A stretch of DNA of 64,000 nucleotides, from the NCBI RefSeq assembly GCF_009914755.1, contig NC_060947.1, one strand, 5' to 3'. The notes under the pieces are model-generated. The model did no database searches. It was not told where the DNA came from and was given only the letters and a program-made list of their open reading frames with translations. Made by a program: the position numbers and the translations under genes. Source of the DNA: the human T2T-CHM13v2.0 reference genome, Homo sapiens. Of this stretch, positions 1 through 20,229 are shown in pieces (the stretch's first letter is position 1; every line of letters starts with the position of its first letter).

Positions 1-235
1 AAGCAACGCTATAGAGACATAAAGTAGATTAGTGGTTGACTGGGCTGGGAGTAGAGGTAGAATCTGGAAGTCAGTGGCTGCTAGTAGTTTTTTTTTTTTT
101 TTTTTGGTGATGAAAATGCTCGAAAATTGATTGTGGTGATGAATGCACAAATCTGTGAATATACTAAAAACCATCCAGTTGTACAGCTTAAATAGGTGAA
201 TTGTATGGTAAGTAAATAAAGCTATTAATTTTTTA
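1..235 (+). mobile_element. Old L1 (L1M-type) 3' end fragment
   Basis: Typical L1M 3'UTR text GTGATGAAAATG...GTGAATATACTAAAAACC...GTGAATTGTATGGTA...AATAAAGCT. Confidence 0.75.
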
Positions 236-754
236 AAAGCCAGTCCTAATAAACTCTGCCTAGAAATCAGATTAAAGAGTCACATAATGATAAAGCCTCT
301 GTTGACATTTCCTGAAAATTTGTACATATCTAATAAAATGTATCATAACAATCAGAACCTTGTAAGCTTAAAAAAATTACATTACTGTAAAGGGCACCAT
401 ATTATTTACAAGAGAGCTCATGAAAAAACTGCACTGGGTACTTTCATAGTGATACTGCCAATATTAAGTAAAAAACACTGGCATGGTTTCACATGTTCCC
501 ACCTAAGGAATTAAATATTTGACTTTCTCCTCTAACAAATCTATGCCCTCTATCAAAACATTTAAAACTCAACTGATATTACCCACAGGGGCAATGGCAT
601 TCTATATATTGACATGGTTCTACGGCCAACAACTATGAATCACTGATGTTAAAGTCAACCAGAATTGAAACCTAGGAATGACTGAAAGTACAAATCTTAT
701 TCCAATAGTGGACTACTGGTATTCTTTTTAAATAACGTATAACATAAGCATTTT

Positions 755-1131
<377 letters not shown>

Positions 1132-1570
1132 TCAACCCATTCCTTGTGTGCCCACCAACCATGAGTCTACTAAAACAAACAACCTTCTGGTGACACAGCA
1201 GTGATCGCTTACACATAGTGACAAGTGTGGTTTGGATTATGAAATATCCCTGTCCTGTTAACTGAAAGTCATCTATCTTACTCTTTAGACACGCTTAACT
1301 GTTGGAGTAGATTAGTTCATCCTCACCCAAAGCTATACTGTCTGTCCCCCTCATTCAACTACAGAGAAGCAGTCTGAATGTTTCAGGGGATTCTCATATT
1401 CAGAACCATACACATACATGCCGTGTAAAATTAGGGTGTTACTGCACTCAGCAATAGGAATATTTACTTTTTGACTTGCTTCTCTTGTTAAGTCTATAAA
1501 AACCAGTGCATTGTGTTGGAAGAAGATGGGGGTGGTTCCATTTTGATGTGATTCATAAAAACTGAAATGA

Positions 1571-1959
<389 letters not shown>

Positions 1960-2450
1960 TGAGTCATTCCCTTGCCTGGAGATGGACTATGCTGCCATAT
2001 CTGTACTCTCACTTACTGATGCTTATGAACCACCTGAACAGGTCCATCTCTTTGGAGCTCTGGAGTCTTTACTTTAAGTATGGCAATGGAGGAGGGAGAA
2101 AAAGGCTGCCCTGTCTGATGCCATTCTGCAAGCTAAACATAAACACAGGCAAATGCAGACCACAGGAGGATGGTGGGGAGATTGGTCCAAGCCAAGCCTA
2201 TGGTTTCAGATGTGATCATTTTAACCATATGTTGCTTTCCAATCTTTGAAAAACACTATTTAGCTATATCTGCACCCACACAGAGCATTGTAGAAATACG
2301 TAACCATAAGCAGATAGATGTATCTTTTTCAGTTGTCTTTCTTCCTTCTCTTTTTTGCTTGGTTCCCTCCTCCCCTCATGTCAGCAATTCCACACACTCC
2401 ATATAACAGCCTCATATATACATTTTTTCCTATGTGTTACTAAAACCAGA

Positions 2451-2525
2451 TTATATATATATATATATATATAATTGTACCCCTTAAACAGGTGAAGTAT
2501 ATATACATATATATAATTATATATA
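2451..2525. repeat. (TA)n microsatellite / AT-rich tract
   Basis: TATATATA runs, interrupted. Confidence 0.85.
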
Positions 2526-2557
2526 AATTCCTGTTCATGCACAGGTTTTCTTTTTGA

Positions 2558-2872
<315 letters not shown>

Positions 2873-3417
2873 AGGGTCACTGTTTTTAACGAGCGGGATG
2901 GTGGGATCATATGATACACACTGCTGCACCCTGCATTTCTCTTTCAACAGGACCTATGAGGTCCCTCCATGTCATCTGGCATAATTCAAATTCATGAGTT
3001 TTAGAGGCTGCATCATATTCCATAGAAGATACCTGTAATAATGGGTATTCATTTGTTTTCTGGGATTTTTTTTTAAATTTGGCAATACAAGGACTATAAT
3101 AAATATCCTTATATATTCAACAGTGCTTTTATTTCCATGGAATAGAATCCCAAAAATGGGACTGCTGGGTTGGCATATTATATGTGTATACACTTTAAAT
3201 TTTCATAACTATTCGCTATCTCTGCCATAAGTTATCAATAGTTTTAATTTTTTGTCAGTCTGATGGATGTAAAGTGATATCTCATCACCATTTTTATTTT
3301 TAAAATTTTTATTTCCCTGACTACCAGTGAATTTAACCATCCAGTCATTCTTGTCTGGGAGGGAGGGCGGGCCACTGGATTTGCTCTTCTGTGAGCTGAT
3401 TAAGTTTCAGTTTCTTT

Positions 3418-4010
<593 letters not shown>

Positions 4011-5029
4011 TATTATTCACCTGTTTGAACGGCTTTCATTAGCATTATTTCTTCTTCATATAATTACAATAATTTCAGGAAGTCAGATGATGTAGCTAGG
4101 GGAGGAATCTGCAAGTGAGTTCGATGTAACCATCATTTTTACTAGAAAAAAACACCAAAGTTTGGGGTGCCCTCTTTTATCATTACTATAAACATTACTG
4201 GTGAAGATATTTTATCACATTGACATTTTTGAAACAAAAAACCTGGCCACTCTGTCCTCTCCACACCCAGGTCTTGCCTTTCCCCTTCAAGTTTAGCCTT
4301 GAATTTTGCTCATTCATATAAATTTTCTCTGTTTACTTTGCTAAACTCTCTGTATACTTTGCCTGAAAAAAATCATGACTAAATTAATATCAGGGGCAAA
4401 TTCTGTAATAATATCCACTCTCCCACTCTCCCACCTATATCAGGTGACCTGATGTAGAGTCATGAAGGACAGGAAATGGGGCAGATCTCTAGATATGGCA
4501 ACTCAGAGGATAGCTAAGAATCATAAGCAGTAGGTATTACAAGCCGGTCTTAGTGGAGATAGCCTGAACCTGCACTGACAGTTAGCATCCCTGCCTCAGA
4601 AGAACCTGCCAATGATATCCTTAAACTCTATGAGAAGGGGCCACAGAGACAGAGGAGCCTAATAGAAACTGAGTTTCATCAAAAGCAAGGGGCCAAGAGC
4701 TGAACAGCTTGTCCTTTATCTCCAGCCACTTGTTCACCTCTCTTACCTTCTCCACCTCTTCTGGGTTTCTAATGTAGGAAAAGTGCCCTTGTTGGCTCCT
4801 GTTGATGAAAAATAAAGGGCAGGCCCCTACGACCTAGAATGGATTGGGCCCAGAGCTTGGCCCCTATGGTCTGGTAACAAACAACATTAACATCTCAGTG
4901 GCTTATTACAACAAACGTTTGCTTCTTGTCCATGCCTTGTGTCCACCCCTGGCCGGCTGTGGTTCTGCTCTGTGTTATCTTCCCTCTAGAAACCAGGCTA
5001 CTCAAGCAACTTGTATCTAAAGCACTGAC

Positions 5030-5460
5030 TGTTATGATGCCATTCTCATATTTGCTATAAGGAAATATCTGAGACTGGGTAATTTATAAGAAAAGAGGTT
5101 TAGTTGGCTCATGGTTCTGTGGGCTGTACAGGAAGCATGGGGCATCTGCTTCTGGGGAGGTCTCAGGGAGCTTTTATTCATGGTGGAAGGCAAAACGGAA
5201 GCAGGCACTTCACATGGTGAGAGCAGAAGCAAGAGGGAGATGGGGGAGGTGCCACATACTTTTAAACTACCAAATCTCGGGAGAACTCACTATTGCAAGG
5301 ATGGCACCAAGGGGTGCTAAACCATTTCTCACAAATACTAAACCATTCATAAGAAATCCATCTGCATGATCCAATCACCTCCCACCAGGCTCCACCTCCA
5401 AAACTGGGGATTACATTTCAACATGAGATTTTGTCAGGGACAAACATCCAAACTATATCA
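5030..5460 (-). mobile_element. MaLR solo LTR (MSTB-like)
   Basis: TG...CA termini (ends AAACATCCAAACTATATCA); MST-type body; imperfect 5-bp TSD CTGAC/CTGCC. Confidence 0.85.
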
Positions 5461-5520
5461 CTGCCCATTCTGTGCACAGGAGAAGAAAGACACAGCGAAC
5501 CATGAGGGTCAGTTCATCAT

Positions 5521-5825
5521 GAAGATAAAACAATCTTAGACGTGTATGAACCTAACAAGAGGTAAAGGAATAAACACATAGATGGACAGAACAGAACAGA
5601 GTCTAGAAATAGATCCACATGAATAGGGCAAACTGATTTTTGACAAAGATCTAAAGACAATCCAAGAAAGGACAGTCTTTTTAACAGTGTTGGGACAAGT
5701 GGACATACACATGCAAGAAAAAGAACCTCAATCTCAATTCCACAGCTGTAGACCAGTTTGAAGAATACTACCATCTCAACCATATTGAGTCTTCTGATCC
5801 ATGGACATGGGATGTCTTTCTGGCA
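5521..5825. mobile_element. Old L1 ORF2 fragments in both orientations
   Basis: Plus-strand AACTGATTTTTGACAAAG...GACAGTCTTTT followed by minus-strand piece translating KDIPCPWIRRLN. Confidence 0.65.
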
Positions 5826-6090
5826 CAATCTGAAACATGGTTTTCATACTACAAGATTCCTAAAGGCAAAGCCTATCTTTTTTGTTTACCACTCTAGCGC
5901 AAGGTCCTGGCCTAGTTAGGTACCTAATAAATAAATAAATGAATATATAATAAATCACTATATTTTTACTGATTTACAGTCTGAAATATCTTTTCAAAGG
6001 TATTTAAAAGTATAGACATTCTCTGTCTATATATATTTGTATTATACATAGCTAATACAAGTAAATTTACCACTTAAGAATGCTCATTTT

Positions 6091-6435
<345 letters not shown>

Positions 6436-9400
6436 TTAGGAAACTCAAAAGAAATAAATCAGATATACACAACATGAACCTTGAGAATGACTCAAGCAGA
6501 AGCTAAAGCCTCATTTTTGCTTTAAAAGTAGAAAAGTGGACAAAACCGGGGAGCTGCTTCAAGTACAGGAAATGGCTCATTGCTCAACTCAGAGCTGAGA
6601 TGGGTCAAATAGAGAACAGTAATGTCACAGGACGGAGGTGAAGTTTAAGGAGGCAGAAGTTAGGGTAGTGAATTTCAGTGGGAGTCAGGGTGCAGTGGTG
6701 GAAGCTGACCAGAGAATACAGGATACATGACTCCCTAGGGTGGTGTGTGTGTAATTTAAAAACACAGATTCAACATTATAATTTTGTATTGTAAAATGAA
6801 AAACAAAAAACTAAAGTCTTCATCACATCAGCTTGAGAAACAACACTTAAACAATCTTCTTGACTGGTGGCAATACAAAGATGATGATTCTCCAAGCAAG
6901 CAGGGGATGGGTTAGATTTTAACAACAGAAGAAGGCAGAGATGTTGAAATAGTAACATACACTGCTCCTTTGTGGGTGCGTGCATGGGCATGGAGGGGCA
7001 GGTAAGGACTGCAAAATGGATGCTGAGCCAATACTGGAACAGCAGAATGCCAAGGACTTGGACAATAGATTGAAACAAACTAAACAGCATTCAACAAGGA
7101 TTTGTACATTGGGCTCACATGTTTCATAAATTTTTGCTGAACTAATTTTATTAGCCATCACTCCCACATTTGAATTGACTCAGCTCCCTTTACACATACA
7201 CCCCCACCCCTGGGATCCCAATAAATCTTTAAACAGAGCTTCTTCTCTCTGCCAAATCACCTTTCACACCAGCAGCCACTCTGTGACCCAGCCACAGCTT
7301 GCCCAACACTTAGGTACAAGAAAATTCATGAAGCCAGTCTACTAAACCCATCTTATACCACAGTCAAACAAACAAACAAACAAACAAAATTCAACTGGAT
7401 GATACTGACTGCAAATTTTAACAGCACCCTACCAACAGTGTGAGTACCACGTACCAGAAAGCCAATGCTGTGTTAACAGAAGTATTGTTTTCGGAACAAG
7501 GGAAATAAGAGCCTCACCAAACGCCAGCCTGGCAGAGTACATCTGGTGTACTCTGTTACCACCAAACACCATGTTTTAAAAGAGACATTCACTACCTAGA
7601 GCATAGCCAGAGGAGGGTGATTAGGGCAATGAAAAAGCTAAAAGCCACATATCATGGGAAGGAGGAAGAACATAGGTGTTAAGGGGAGGCTTCAAAGAGC
7701 TGAAAGGTTGTCCTCTCCAAGAGGGATTCAATTTTTCCCTTTACTGAACTCTTCCGATTTCAACTCAGGGTGTCCCCTTGGGCCCTTCGTTTCGTCCCTG
7801 TCCTGATGGAAATGTTGTTGCTTCTGCCTGTCCAGCCCCTGTCTCCTCCCTTTCTAGTAGTGGCCTATAATTTCCCCTGCTCTGCCCAGTGTGGCTCTGG
7901 TGGGGCTTACTTTGGTCCTGGCCCAGCTGCAGGGAAGGATATGTGGTCCAGGCCTGGCCAATCTGGGCACGGTTGAGAGATGGGCAGACAACCCAAGTTG
8001 GACCACCTGAGAGCCACGCTAAGTCAGTCAGGACTTTCGCTGGAGCCACTACAGGAAAAGCTTGCTTTCTGTGGAGGCTGCCACTCTAGAAGACTATCAC
8101 CTGCAGCTCCCAGGGATACCTCTGTCACTACCTGGGACAACCCTACCAGAGAATAAAGCCCACTCAGAGTCAAACAGGGCACTGTAAAGAGACATACCAT
8201 ATTTGATGACTTGAGCTCCTGGATCCAGACATGCCTGAATCTAGGCCAATCCCCTGGACTTTTCAGTTATTTGAGCAATAAATTCTCTCTTGTGCTTAAG
8301 GCTGTTTGAGGTGAGTTTCTGTCATTTACAACTGAAAGAATCCTGACAAATACAACCATGAATGCTTATATGGCCATGATGAACTAGACACCATAAAACA
8401 TGTGTTTGGTGCTATTAAAGACATGGAAGAGTGAGGCAATACCAGGCAAAAGACATATGCCTGATGGTAGCAGCAAACTACTTATATCTAACAGTTTGCA
8501 ATTCAATTTCTAGCTGGACGGCACAGAGATGAATGTTGTCATCTACCCACCAGAAATAACACAAAGTACCAATTCCCTTTTTCCCCTACCTGTGTCCCAC
8601 AGGAAAATTGAAATAGCTCCTCACTGATCTCCTTGCTTCTGGTATTGGTTCCTTCCAATCCATCCTCCTGAAAGGGTGGTCACAGAAAGACCACCCTTTC
8701 TGTGTCTCTAGGTCACAGACCTAGAATTCGAAGATTTCTGCACTCCTCAGAATTCTCCAGTGCCTACAAGATAAAATCTAAATCCCTTTGATTGCCATCC
8801 AAGGCTCATGTGTTGGCTCTTCCCCTCACATCCAGCCTGATCACCTGATCACCTGACACTCCCTCCTCAGCCCCCAAGAAAACCTGAATTAGTGTTTCCT
8901 GCACACACACTGCTCTGGCACTTCCGGGCCTGTGCACACGCTTGCTCCTCCCTCTGCCTGTAAAGCTCTCCTGGCAAACTGTTCTCCTGTGGGAGCTCCC
9001 TCCTCTGCAAAGCCTTCCCTGATCTCCCAGGCCTTTGGTTCCCTTTCCTTCACTCCATGGGACAGAGGTCAGAGGCCTCAGACGAACCCTACCCTTGGTC
9101 TTTTTTCCTTTGGATTAAGAATCGCTAAGTGCATATCCCCACCTTGCTCAGTTTCGAGGGAAGAAAGTATAGTTCAATTATTCAAATAAAATACGCACAA
9201 GAGACCAGGATAAATGTTGAAAAGACATGATTTCTTACCACCACTCTCCATTGGTAAAGCAAAAAATAGAAAGTGAAAAATCCTGTTACAATAACGCCAA
9301 CAACTGGTTAAATTCACTTGTACCAGAATTCTGTTCCAGCTACTGCCTTTTGAAATATTAAAGAGGAGTGGGGAAGAGCAATGCTTTACACCTGAGATGT

Positions 9401-10613
9401 GTTCTAAAGGAGGAATTATAATAGCATTTATTTTAAAATGATTGCATCTACAATTGAGACTACTGATTGTATAAGTAACAGTTTCTTTTTAAGTTAGTTT
9501 AAAAGATAGATTTTGTACAATTTGGTAGGTAAACCTCAGGTGGCTTGGAGAATAATCTTTAAACCATAAGCTCTAATATGCCTCATGCTTTACTTAAAGG
9601 GATCACAGGTGTGCAATTCTCACTTTCAAATAATGTATTTTTGTCTAAATTGCTGCTTATTCGATTCTCCCCTCTGGGTTTACAAACAATGCACAAGCTG
9701 CAAGCTGTCCTGGTCCGAGGTATTTGCACCATCTGACATGATGAATGATGGCCTATAGGGAAATAAACTGGGTTAGAAGCCAAGCATTGCAGGCATCCAC
9801 TTGGTGCAGCTTCGTTCCAGATCCCCACGCTCATCTTAAAACTTTCGAAACTCACACAAACCGCTCTGGGCTCTTTAGCTACAATCAAACGTGTAAACGA
9901 CTTTACCACTCTCCTAGGAGACTTTAATTCTTTGCCTCTCTCACTAATTCGTGTAGTAAGGAGGGAGGATTACTGAGATGTAAGTCCTGAGCCTGGTGTT
10001 GTGGAAACATACAGAACACATTCAGCTCAGGGGGGCTGTCAGTTCCCTCTTGCCGATACCTGAAATATTAAGTACTGGTGGATTACTGGGTGCTGCGCTA
10101 GTCAACTTTCAGCTGAACAGGGGTATTACAGATGTCATTATTTGATATTTTCAATTATAAGCGTGACTTTTATTCCAAATGTTTCAGGTCGGGGTTTGGG
10201 TTTGGAGCATGAAGACACCACATGTCACTCTACAATAGGGCTCTTAACCTGGGGCCTCCAGAGGATCCGCTACGAGTCCATGAATCGCCTTTCTGGGGTG
10301 TGTGTGGGGGGTGCACATTGTGGACAGGGACACGGAAGGCTACGAGACTCCTGAAATTTTTGTGCGAGCGTTTTTTCTAAGGAGAGCATTGGATATTCAG
10401 CCTCTATCAAATTCTCAAATGGATCTGTAACCCATTTGATCAAGAACCACTTCTCTAGATGTATTTTATGAACATTAATTATGTTCTCCCTACCCATTGT
10501 GAGACAGGTGTGGTATTTATTTCACTAGTTAACAGTGATATTCAAATATAAGCGACAAGGAACAATATGGCAGAACTAAGTTTAGTGGAATATTTAAATA
10601 AATAGCCTTTTAA

Positions 10614-11118
<505 letters not shown>

Positions 11119-12769
11119 TAACTGTAAAAGGCATCTAAGTGATCTGACTAGATCTTTTTGATCCCTGCAAAGCTTGAAACAATTCCAAATCTCTCCCTTG
11201 TGTGAGTTATTGCAGTCCTTGATTTGTAAATGGAGGATTTGAGCACTTTTTTTCTATGAATTACTCAAATGTTTTCATCTGACACTAAATTATTTAAACG
11301 CTGTCCAGAAAAGAGCAAAAGCCTTCCTCCTGGCTGTCCCCAAAAAGAGCTGAAGTAGGAGGTGCAGAAGGCAGGGCCCTGGGTTATCCCAGGAGGGGGA
11401 AAATGTTATCTATGGAGTGATCCCTTTAACACAAAGACCAGACAACCACCTGTCAGCCAGTCCCTGTCTAACTAGGCACTAAGAATGTCACCTCTGCCCC
11501 AATTGGACCCAGTGCTGCCCGAAATGCTGGAGCTGGTCCCTGGAGAAGGGCACTTTGGCTTCAGCGGGGAGAAGTACAGGGAAGGGACTGACTGGATGCA
11601 GGAAAAAGACGGGAGGGGAAGCTACTGCAGGAGGAGGGACGGCGAGGCTGGTGGCTCAGACAAGAATGGTGGTGGTGACAGAGGAACAGAGGCAGCAGGT
11701 GGGCTTGAGGAATGTTTAGGGTGTAAAATCAACAGGGCTTGGTGATGGATTGGATATAGGTGGGAGAGGGGAAAAAAGGGGCCAAAAAGACTCCTAGGCT
11801 GCCGACTGGGTGGTGGTGCCAGACTTGTTGGCAAAGATCTTGGGTTTGCTGGAAGGAATGAGAAACTGGGGGTGGCTTTCTCTCATTTTCTCCTGGGGTC
11901 ACTCTTGACAGAGAGGCAAAGTTTTCAAGTCAGTGGAGCCTGTTACTAAGCACTGAGCAGGACCCCACTGGTGGCGAGTGAGGGGAGACTGGCAGCTGCT
12001 GGCTTGGCTGCAGCCGACTCACAGAGGCTGGCCAGTCACAGGAGGGACTCTGCATTTTGTTCTAGGAGTTACGAACACTATGGGAAGGCTGCAAGAGGAA
12101 AGTAGTGTAGTCTGGTGCCTGATGGAAGATCATGTACTACTTTGGAGAGGAGAGTCTGAAAGTGGAAGCAGGGAATGAATTAGGAGACAAGAGGGGTGGT
12201 CCAGTCAAGAGATGACGGTGGCTTCGATGAGGGTGGTGACAATGAATACAGACAGAAGTGGGTGGAGCTGAGATGTGTTTCGGTGGTCTCTATCCATTAG
12301 AAAATTCTCCCCATTCAAGGTGGGGAATTTCCTTCCATTCTAGGAGGAATCAAAGCTGACTCCTACACTATGTTTAATATAGCCTTATTTAAAAAAAAAA
12401 AAAGCCTCAAACATATAGGGAAGCAAAGAGAAAGCAATATAGCCCATATCCATATAACCATCACCCAGATCCAACAAATGAAAGCATTCTGCTGTAACTG
12501 TGCCAGTCTTTCCTTTATTAAAAGAAGAAAGAAAAAGTTAAAGATCAAGTTGAAGCCTTCCTTGTGGTCTTCTCTAATGGTTCACAAACTTCCCAGCAGT
12601 TCTCAAACTTTTTGGTCTCATGACCCCTTTACACTTAAAAATTACTGGAGACCCCCTAAGAGCTTTTGTTTATATGCATTCTAGCTACTCATATTTACCA
12701 TATTGGAAATTAAAACTGAAAAATTTTTAAATATTTACTAATTCGTTAACAAAAACCTACCGCATGTCA

Positions 12770-12960
<191 letters not shown>

Positions 12961-13465
12961 TTTTTTCAAAACAAAAAAGTAACAAGAAGAATGGCAGTGA
13001 TTAACATTTTAAAAAATCTCTTTAATGTCCGGCTTAATAGAAGATAGCTATATTCTCATATATGCTTCTGTATTCACTTTGTGGCAACGTTATTTCAGTT
13101 GAAGTATATGAAGAAAATCCAGCTTCACACAGATATGCAGGGAGAACTATTTTAAGTCTTTTTGGATAATTAAGAATATTATTTGATACAATCAAAACTC
13201 AACAAGTGGACGGTTTCTTAAACGCCAGTTGAAATGTGGAATCTGAAATCATAACAATGAGCTTTATGTACTCTGACGTTTTAAAATCCATTGGTCTATC
13301 TTGAGCTTTGAATGAATCATTTGCCCATGTGTGATTTTATAACATCAAGCATTGGTCATTTGGAATACATCAGTTTAGTGAGTTATGCAGTTAGCCCAAA
13401 TGTTGACATATTTCATTATCCACATTTGTTAATATCACCACCAATCTCATCAGAAAAGTTTTTTA

Positions 13466-13847
<382 letters not shown>

Positions 13848-14622
13848 TTTCCCCAAAATCTCATTTCAATTCAAAGTTTAAATTTTATCACTGGCAACAA
13901 ATATTGTCAGTTGTTTTCCTTGCAGCAATAGGCTCACTTTGCTCATTTTTGAGAAAATGTCTGCCAAATGCCCAAGTCTGAATGACCATAATTTGACAAC
14001 CTTTCAAGCAAAAATGGTGTCCAAGAAAAAAACCAAACTGCTAGTTCAGCTCACAGCTCAGACAACTGTGTAAATGATTTTCCTAGAAGCAGCCATCGTA
14101 CTTCGGTGTGCAGCGGAAGTGCTTTATATGTACTTTTCACGTCAACACACAGAATATTTTAAAGATCAGATAAAGTTTAAACTTGAAAAAAAATTTTTAA
14201 TGCTCCAAAAAGGACATTCTTAAATGCAATTGTTTTTTTTTTCCTTTTCTTCTTTTTTTTGTTTTTTATAGTATGTGACTCCTAGTCTAGTTTGGAGTCC
14301 CTGCCTTGATTTGTACTAAAGCACCAGCTTTCTATTATCACTGCAAATGTCAACACAGTGAAAAAAGGCAAATCACATCTTACGAATGGGATGAAAATAG
14401 TTTTGACCTCACAGAGATCCTGAAAGGGTGTCAGGGACCTTCGGGGATCTGGGGATCACCCTCTGTGAACTGTCACACTACTCCAAAGCCGGAGTGTATT
14501 TTTCTTGTCCATGTTTTTAAAATTTTTACAAGAAAAGTATGTGTCCATAAGCAAGATATAACCATATTTCAGGTGTTTTAAAAGTTCTACATACCTAGTA
14601 ATATTCTATACTTATTGTTCTA

Positions 14623-14959
<337 letters not shown>

Positions 14960-15469
14960 GTATATATTTATCATATACAACATGTTTTGAAATGTGTGCA
15001 TTGTGGCATGGCTAAATTGAACTAATTAACATATGTATTGCCCTACATACTTATTTTTGTGGTGAGAACACTTAAAATCTACTCTCTTAGCAATTTTCAA
15101 GAATGCAATATATTGTTATTAACTACAGTCAACTATAGTCACCATTCAACTTTAAATGTTTGAGGGTTATCCAGTTCGATACATGTAAATCTGGGTTATT
15201 CATTTTAATGGCTATATAGTATTCCAGTGTAGCTAGATCTCTTATTTGTCCATTTCCAAATTGAAGAACAGTCAGATTGTTTCTAATTTTCCTCTTTTAT
15301 AAACAATGCTTCAACAAATGTCCTTGTACATGTTTCCTTGGGCAGTGAGTAAGAGCACATCATTAGTGTCTATATTTAGATATGGGCCTCCTGGGTCATA
15401 GAGCATGCATTGCTTCAGTTTCACCATCTCAAATTGCTTTCCAAGGTGATTGTACCAATTAACAGTCTG

Positions 15470-15895
15470 TAGTTTACATCTTGCAGCATAGACCACTACC
15501 TAATCACCAATCCAATTTCCTCTTCTTCCTAGGCACTTAGTTATACTATGTTTCCCATCATCCCTTGCAGTTCCACATGGCCCTGTGCTTGAGTTTTAGC
15601 TAAAGGAATGTGAATGAAAGTAAAGTACACAATTTCCATGCCTTGCCCATAAAGCCTTCCCATGAATAATGTTTAGTACTTTCCTGGTACACCAGCGGGA
15701 TGTCTACATCCAGGGTGACCTTGGAAGCTGCACACTGAAGATGGTAAGGCCACTGGTAGCCCAGGTATCTGGGTGAACCGCCCAATGACCTGGACCCACA
15801 ATGGACTGTTATATGTGTACAAAATAAACTTCTGTGTTTAGCCAAAGAAATTTGGGTTTTGTTTGTCATAGCAGTTAGCCTACCTTAACTAATAC
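15470..15895 (+). mobile_element. MLT1-type MaLR LTR
   Basis: CATCCCTTGCAGTT...AAATAAACTTCTGTGTT...GCAGTTAGCCTACCTTAACTAATACA end. Confidence 0.65.
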
Positions 15896-16619
15896 ATCTT
15901 CTCATGAGTGACACATGACACTTACCTCTTCTTCATAACCTTGCCAACACTTAGAATTATGCTTTAAAACTGTTGCCATCTGTCAGTCTGAATTTGTTGT
16001 TTAGATTTGCTTTACTTTCTCAGATTGCTAGTGAAGTTGAGCCATCTTTTAGCCCGTTTGCTTTCTCCTCTGCACATTGCTTGTTTACATTGTAGAATAT
16101 GATACTATTATAGAAATATATAAAATTACTATAAATGATGAAGGGAATCACCTTGAAGAGATACAGTGAAGTAAGTCACCTGGATTTAAAATATTTTTTT
16201 GGTTATTCTGGTACTATGTTGCATATCTCTTCTCTTTGTAATGAAAAGACAATATTTACAAACCCAGAAGCTAAACAATGATGGTACCTGCTATTTCATC
16301 AAATTAAAACAAGCTCTCAACTAAGATGGAAACCTGAATCCAATCAATTATATAAATGGCTGACTCTCTAAGGACTCTCTTAGGATTAAGCTTTTGTATT
16401 ATAGATTGCTAAATAACAAATAATTCCAGAACTTGGTAACTTAAAACCAATAAACGTCTATTATCTCTCACAGTTTCTGTGGGTCAGCAATTCAGAAGCA
16501 GCTTTAACTGGGTGGGTCTAGCTCAAAGCCTCTCATAAAGTTTCAGTCAAGATGTTGGCCAGGGCTGCAGTCATCTGAGAGCTTGACTAGGGCAGAGGAT
16601 CTGCTTCCAAGACGTGATT

Positions 16620-18400
<1,781 letters not shown>

Positions 18401-19219
18401 CCTTGCCCCTCTGTCTACAACAATGGAGGCATTGTACTCACTGGGCAAAATGCCAGCTCTGGCTAAATCTGCCTCTGCCAACTCTGAGGGTGCACCCATG
18501 CAGCTAAACGTGGCTAGAGAAAAACACACAGCCACACTGACTGAACTCCCTTAAATTAATGACCCTTAATGCTGTCCAACGATTATCTAGAAATCCCTTG
18601 TCCATTCATTCCCTTTTTCTCCTAAAGGACTGTTTCGTACCTTCTCTCTCAAACCTCCAATAACTCCTCCCCATCCTCACTCTCAGCTAGTGACCGTGCT
18701 TCATATTTCGCTGAGAAGGCAGAAGCAATCAAAAGGGAACATGGTGCTGGTGTGCCCTGCTTCCCTCGTTTTGATGGATGTGCTCCTCTCTAAGGTCACC
18801 TGCAATATATATGCTACAATCTATCTGCTCTCATGCACGCCAAGACTTTGCTCCTTGCATTATCAGTTTTTCCCTGTCTACTAGATCATTTCCACCAGAA
18901 ACATAATTTCTCATATTTAAAAAAACCCTCCCAACCCCATATCTCCACCCAACCACTGCTCTTATTTACAGCAGAACTCTTCAGAAGAACAATTTAAACT
19001 CAGAATCTTCAGTTTCTGTCCTTCCCTTCTCTCTTGAATTCGACTTGCCCAATTTTTGTGTCTTATACTCCACATAAACTGTCGGACATGGTCACCAATA
19101 ACTTCCACATCCCCAAATCTAATGGTCAACTCTTAGTCCTGATGCTACTTGACCTTGTCTCATTATTAGCCTTTTACTCATCTGATTACTTCCTCCTCCT
19201 TGAATCACTTTCCGACTTC

Positions 19220-19570
19220 CATCTTAGTCAGTTTGGGTTGTTTTAACAAAATACCATAGATCGGGGGGCCTAAACAACAGAAATATATTTCTTGCAATTC
19301 TGGAGGCTAGGAAATCCGAGATCAGAGTGCCAGCAGGGTCAAGTTCCAGTGAGGGCCCTCCTCTTGGCTTGCAGATGGCCACCTTCTTGCTGTGAGCTCA
19401 CATGGTGGTGGTGGTGAGAACCATCTCTCTTGTGTTTCTTCTTAGAAGGGCATTAATCCCATTCATCAGGACCCTAACCCTTATGACCTAATCATCTCCC
19501 GAAGGCCCCACCGCCTAATGCCATCACATTGAGATTAGGGCTTCAACACAGGACTTTGAGGGGACACTGA
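19220..19570 (-). mobile_element. MLT1A-like MaLR LTR
   Basis: TAACAAAATACCATAGA...AAACAACAGAAAT...TTCTGGAGGCTAGGAAATCCGAGATCA. Confidence 0.7.
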
Positions 19571-19856
19571 CCCTTGGCTGCTTTTCCTGCTACTTCCCTG
19601 ATGGCTTCTTCTCATCCCCCTTGGCAGTACCTCCCCCTCATAATCTGGATCTCTCCACTTTTGGGGGTCTCCTCTTTGAACCTCATCTCTCTTCTGTCTG
19701 TACTTGTTCCTGTGATCTCGTCTCGTCTCGTCTCAGGGCCTTTTAACTTCCACACATACACCAATGACTCCCACATTTCTGTCTCTAGCCCAGACCTCTC
19801 CCCTAACTTCTAGACTCACATATTCAACTGCCTACTTATCATTTCTACTTGGATAC

Positions 19857-20229
19857 TGATATGATTTGGCTCTGTGTCCCCACCCATATCTCATCTTGAA
19901 TTGTACTCCCACAATTCCCACATGTTGTAGGAGGGACCTGGTGGGAGGTAATTGAATCATGGGGGCAGGTCTTTCCCATGCTGTTCTCGTGATAGCGAGT
20001 AAGTCTCACGGGATCTGATGGTATAAAAAGGGGAGTTTTCCTGCACAAGCACTGCTCTCTTTGCCCGCTGCCATCCACATAAGATGTGACTTGCTCCTCC
20101 TTGTCTTCCGTCATGACTGTGAGGCTTCCCCAGCCACGTGGAACTGTAAGTCCAATTAAACCTCTCTCTTTTGTAAACTGCCCAGTCTCTGGCATGTCTT
20201 TATCAGCAGCATGAAAACGGACTAATACA
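19857..20229 (+). mobile_element. THE1 MaLR solo LTR
   Basis: TGATATGATTTGGCTCTGTGTCCCCACC...CGGACTAATACA; perfect 5-bp TSD GATAC (19852-56, 20230-34). Confidence 0.92.
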